NCBI GenBank assembly: GCA_035650735.1
Contig: DASRGZ010000224.1
Location: 1-64,000 of the forward strand
DNA length: 64,000 nt
Source: Chthonomonadaceae bacterium
Lineage (GTDB): Bacteria; Armatimonadota; Chthonomonadetes; Chthonomonadales; Chthonomonadaceae
Direction: 5' to 3'
Below the pieces are notes generated by a model. That model was not told the DNA's origin. It did no database searches and saw nothing but the letters and a program-made list of their open reading frames with translations. This document shows, one piece after another, positions 61,758-64,000 of the stretch (position 1 is the first letter of the stretch; the number at the start of each line of letters is the position of its first letter). Both the position numbers and the translations under genes were made by a program.

Positions 61758-62650
61758 CAAACCTGCTTCAAGAAGCGGCGGATGGAGAGATAGCTGCCGG
61801 TCAGGCCGATGAGAGCTCCGGCAGCGACCAGCCCGGCCACCACCTCGACAGGACGAACCAGAGAGGGCACGTTCCCCACGAGCGGTGATTGCAGCTCTGC
61901 GATAAAGCGCGAGACCTCGTGCCCGCAAAAAAGGACGACGCCCCCGGCGATGGCCGCGCCGGCGACGCCGTGAAACAGCCCCTCCAGCAGCAGCGGCAAC
62001 CGGATAAAGCCGGAGGTCGCGCCGACCAGCTGCATGATGCGTATCTCGCGCCGCCGCGCGAAGACGGTCAGCCGGATGGTGTTGTGAACGATGAACAGGG
62101 TGGCGATAAAGAGTCCCAACGCCGCACAGCCGCCGATGACTTTGACCACACGCGCGAAACCCAACATCGTCTTGACGGCCTGCCCGGCGGCGTTGACCGC
62201 CTCGACCTCCGGGAAGCGCGCCTGATCCCGGAACGCCTGGGTCAGCGCGCCCACCTCGGAAGGGCTGGCCGGTTCCACCTCCAGAACGTCCGGCAACGGA
62301 TTATCCGGCAGGGCCTCGGTCAGAGACGGCTCATTGGACTGCATCTGCTTCCAGGCCAATTCCTTTGTGATCAGGTGCACCGCCCGAATGCCGGGCAATT
62401 GGCGAATGCGATCCCGCACCGCCAGCGTCTGCGGGCGCTCCACTTCTGTCTTCAGGAACACATCAATGCGGTCGAGCTTCAGCGGCTGCTGCTGGGCGAT
62501 CTCGTTAATGCGATAGGCCGTCCAGACCGCCGCGCCCAGCACGGTCAGCGCCACCGTCACCGTGCCCAGCGCCGCCAGCGACATCAGGCCGTTGCGCCGG
62601 ATATTGAGAAACGCTTCATGGATGAGAAAGCCCAGGCTGCTTAACGCCAC
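61757..62650 (-). CDS. ftsX: Cell division permease FtsX
   Basis: NIRRNGLMS, NPLP and NTIRLTVFARRREIRIMQLVGAT motifs. Confidence 0.93.
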   Translation of the reverse strand: MALSSLGFLIHEAFLNIRRNGLMSLAALGTVTVALTVLGAAVWTAYRINEIAQQQPLKLDRIDVFLKTEVERPQTLAVRDRIRQLPGIRAVHLITKELAWKQMQSNEPSLTEALPDNPLPDVLEVEPASPSEVGALTQAFRDQARFPEVEAVNAAGQAVKTMLGFARVVKVIGGCAALGLFIATLFIVHNTIRLTVFARRREIRIMQLVGATSGFIRLPLLLEGLFHGVAGAAIAGGVVLFCGHEVSRFIAELQSPLVGNVPSLVRPVEVVAGLVAAGALIGLTGSYLSIRRFLKQV

Positions 62651-63375
62651 GCGCTCACCTCCCGATGGAAGACGACCGCCTCATCCTGCCGATAGGCGCC
62701 GTGGGCCTCGTCGCGTACCAGCCGTCCCTGCGCGAACGCGATCACACGCCGCTGCATCTGATCCACAATCGCCGAGTCGTGGGTGGCGACCAGCACCGTC
62801 GTGCCGCGCACGTTGATATGGTTGAGCAAGTGGACGATGCCCAGCGAGGTGTCGGGGTCAAGGTTGCCGGTCGGCTCGTCGGCCAGAAGCAGGGGCGGAT
62901 CGTTGACGAGGGCGCGGGCGATGGCGACGCGCTGCTGCTCACCGCCGGAGAGCTGATGCGGAAAGGCATCCGGGCGGTGCGCCATGCCCACCATTTCCAG
63001 CGCCGCCGGAACCTGCCTGCGAATCGTCTGCCTGTTCGCGCCGATGGCCCGCAGCGCGAACGCCACGTTCTCATAGACGGTCTTGTTAGGAAGAAGGCCA
63101 AAATCCTGAAAGACGATGCCGAGCTTGCGGCGGAAGTGGGGTATCTCGCGGGGGCGCATGGCGGTCAGATCGTGCCCGGCGACCTGGATTCGGCCCTGGG
63201 TAGGTCTCTCTTCCCGGTAGAGGAGCTTGAGCAGCGTGGATTTTCCCGCTCCGGTCGGCCCCACAATGAAGACAAATTCTCCCTTGCCCACACGCAGGTT
63301 GACCTGCGCGAGCGCGGCGACTTCATTGCGATAGGCTACGCTGACGTCCTGGAGCTCGATCATAGGCGTGCTCAC
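62641..63375 (-). CDS. ftsE: Cell division ATPase FtsE
   Basis: [21 protein letters not shown] and ADEPTGNLD motifs. Confidence 0.95.
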   Translation of the reverse strand: MSTPMIELQDVSVAYRNEVAALAQVNLRVGKGEFVFIVGPTGAGKSTLLKLLYREERPTQGRIQVAGHDLTAMRPREIPHFRRKLGIVFQDFGLLPNKTVYENVAFALRAIGANRQTIRRQVPAALEMVGMAHRPDAFPHQLSGGEQQRVAIARALVNDPPLLLADEPTGNLDPDTSLGIVHLLNHINVRGTTVLVATHDSAIVDQMQRRVIAFAQGRLVRDEAHGAYRQDEAVVFHREVSAWR

Positions 63376-63435
63376 GGCGCGGAAGTTGGGACTTATCCCA
63401 GATGCAAAATCACCGCCTGCCCCTCACTGCCCCCT

Positions 63436-63465
63436 ATTAAAACATTTTTGCATGTCTCCTGTCAA
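63436..63465 (-). promoter_or_regulatory. Possible ftsEX promoter TTGACA-N18-TTTAAT
   Basis: Plus strand ATTAAA at 63436-63441 and TGTCAA at 63460-63465. Confidence 0.45.
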
Positions 63466-63859
63466 GTCTTCGGGGCTATTGGAAGTGAATAAGAATTTCC
63501 TAAGCTGCCGTTCACCCTTCTGCATAAAAATGACTCTCCTCTCTCCTTGCGCAGAAGAGTGGTTTGGGGTGAGCTCTCTCAGGGTCCTTCCATTTTCCCG
63601 CCCTGCAGCCGGGCACGGAAAGTACCCGGCTATGGGGCCTAACGGCCAAGGCGTCCTCGCGGACGCCAAAAACGCAAAAACACCGAGAACGCAAGGACCC
63701 TGGAGGTCTCTTTTCCTGGCAGGTATCCTGCGTCTGACCGGAGAAAATACCGATACTTATAGGCAGGAGCGACCAACCCGCAAAGGGCAGAGTTTCGCAA
63801 CGTTCTCCCCTGCCTCCACCGTACTGAAAGAAAAAAGAGTCACGAAAGGATCCCCCTTT

Positions 63860-64000
63860 ATGAAAGGCGCAAAACCGGCTATCGTGGCACTTCTTTTCGT
63901 AGCCGCATTTTTGCTTGGATGCAGGTTAGGAGCCCCCGGGGCCGCTGCGGTGAGAGCGGCTAGTCCGGAACCGCCGGATCAGTTGGAGTCCGAGAATTGG
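63860..64000 (+). CDS. N-terminus of an exported protein (truncated by the window end)
   Basis: RBS AAAGGA; MKGAKPAIVALLFVAAFLLGC; open to the window end. Confidence 0.6.
   Translation, partial: MKGAKPAIVALLFVAAFLLGCRLGAPGAAAVRAASPEPPDQLESENW

Noticed and set aside
63560..63820. c-di-AMP or c-di-GMP riboswitch, or tmRNA 3' end
   Set aside because: Only fragmentary motif similarity (TTTGGGGTGA, CCTCCACC); core consensus elements are missing.

Overview
GC-rich bacterial chromosomal window of about 50 genes. Gene content is suggestive of Armatimonadota, but this is not verified. Housekeeping genes include hemW, hisS, tdk, a KpsF/GutQ isomerase, a CCA enzyme, RNase Z, rodA, folE, ftsEX and an EnvC-like peptidase. 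Also present are carbohydrate-active enzymes, a Co/Ni ECF transporter, an adenosine deaminase with a nucleoside ABC operon, a decayed VapBC pair and several REP/MITE-like palindrome families. The most notable locus is 42207-43775. Two in-frame ORFs there are joined by one TGA in a Cys-UGA context resembling selenoprotein N, followed directly by a bacterial SECIS-like hairpin, which indicates a probable exported selenoprotein. Its stop codon overlaps an orphan CRISPR-like mini-array: three identical 29-bp repeats plus a degenerate fourth, spacers of 36-39 nt, and no cas genes in the window. Other oddities are a REP cluster translated in frame inside an ABC ATPase, a ceramidase-like gene with a low-GC half and a sigma70-region-3-like insert, a CbiM-N-Q fusion and several unexplained hairpins. 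All family calls come from motif recognition by eye; no searches were run.
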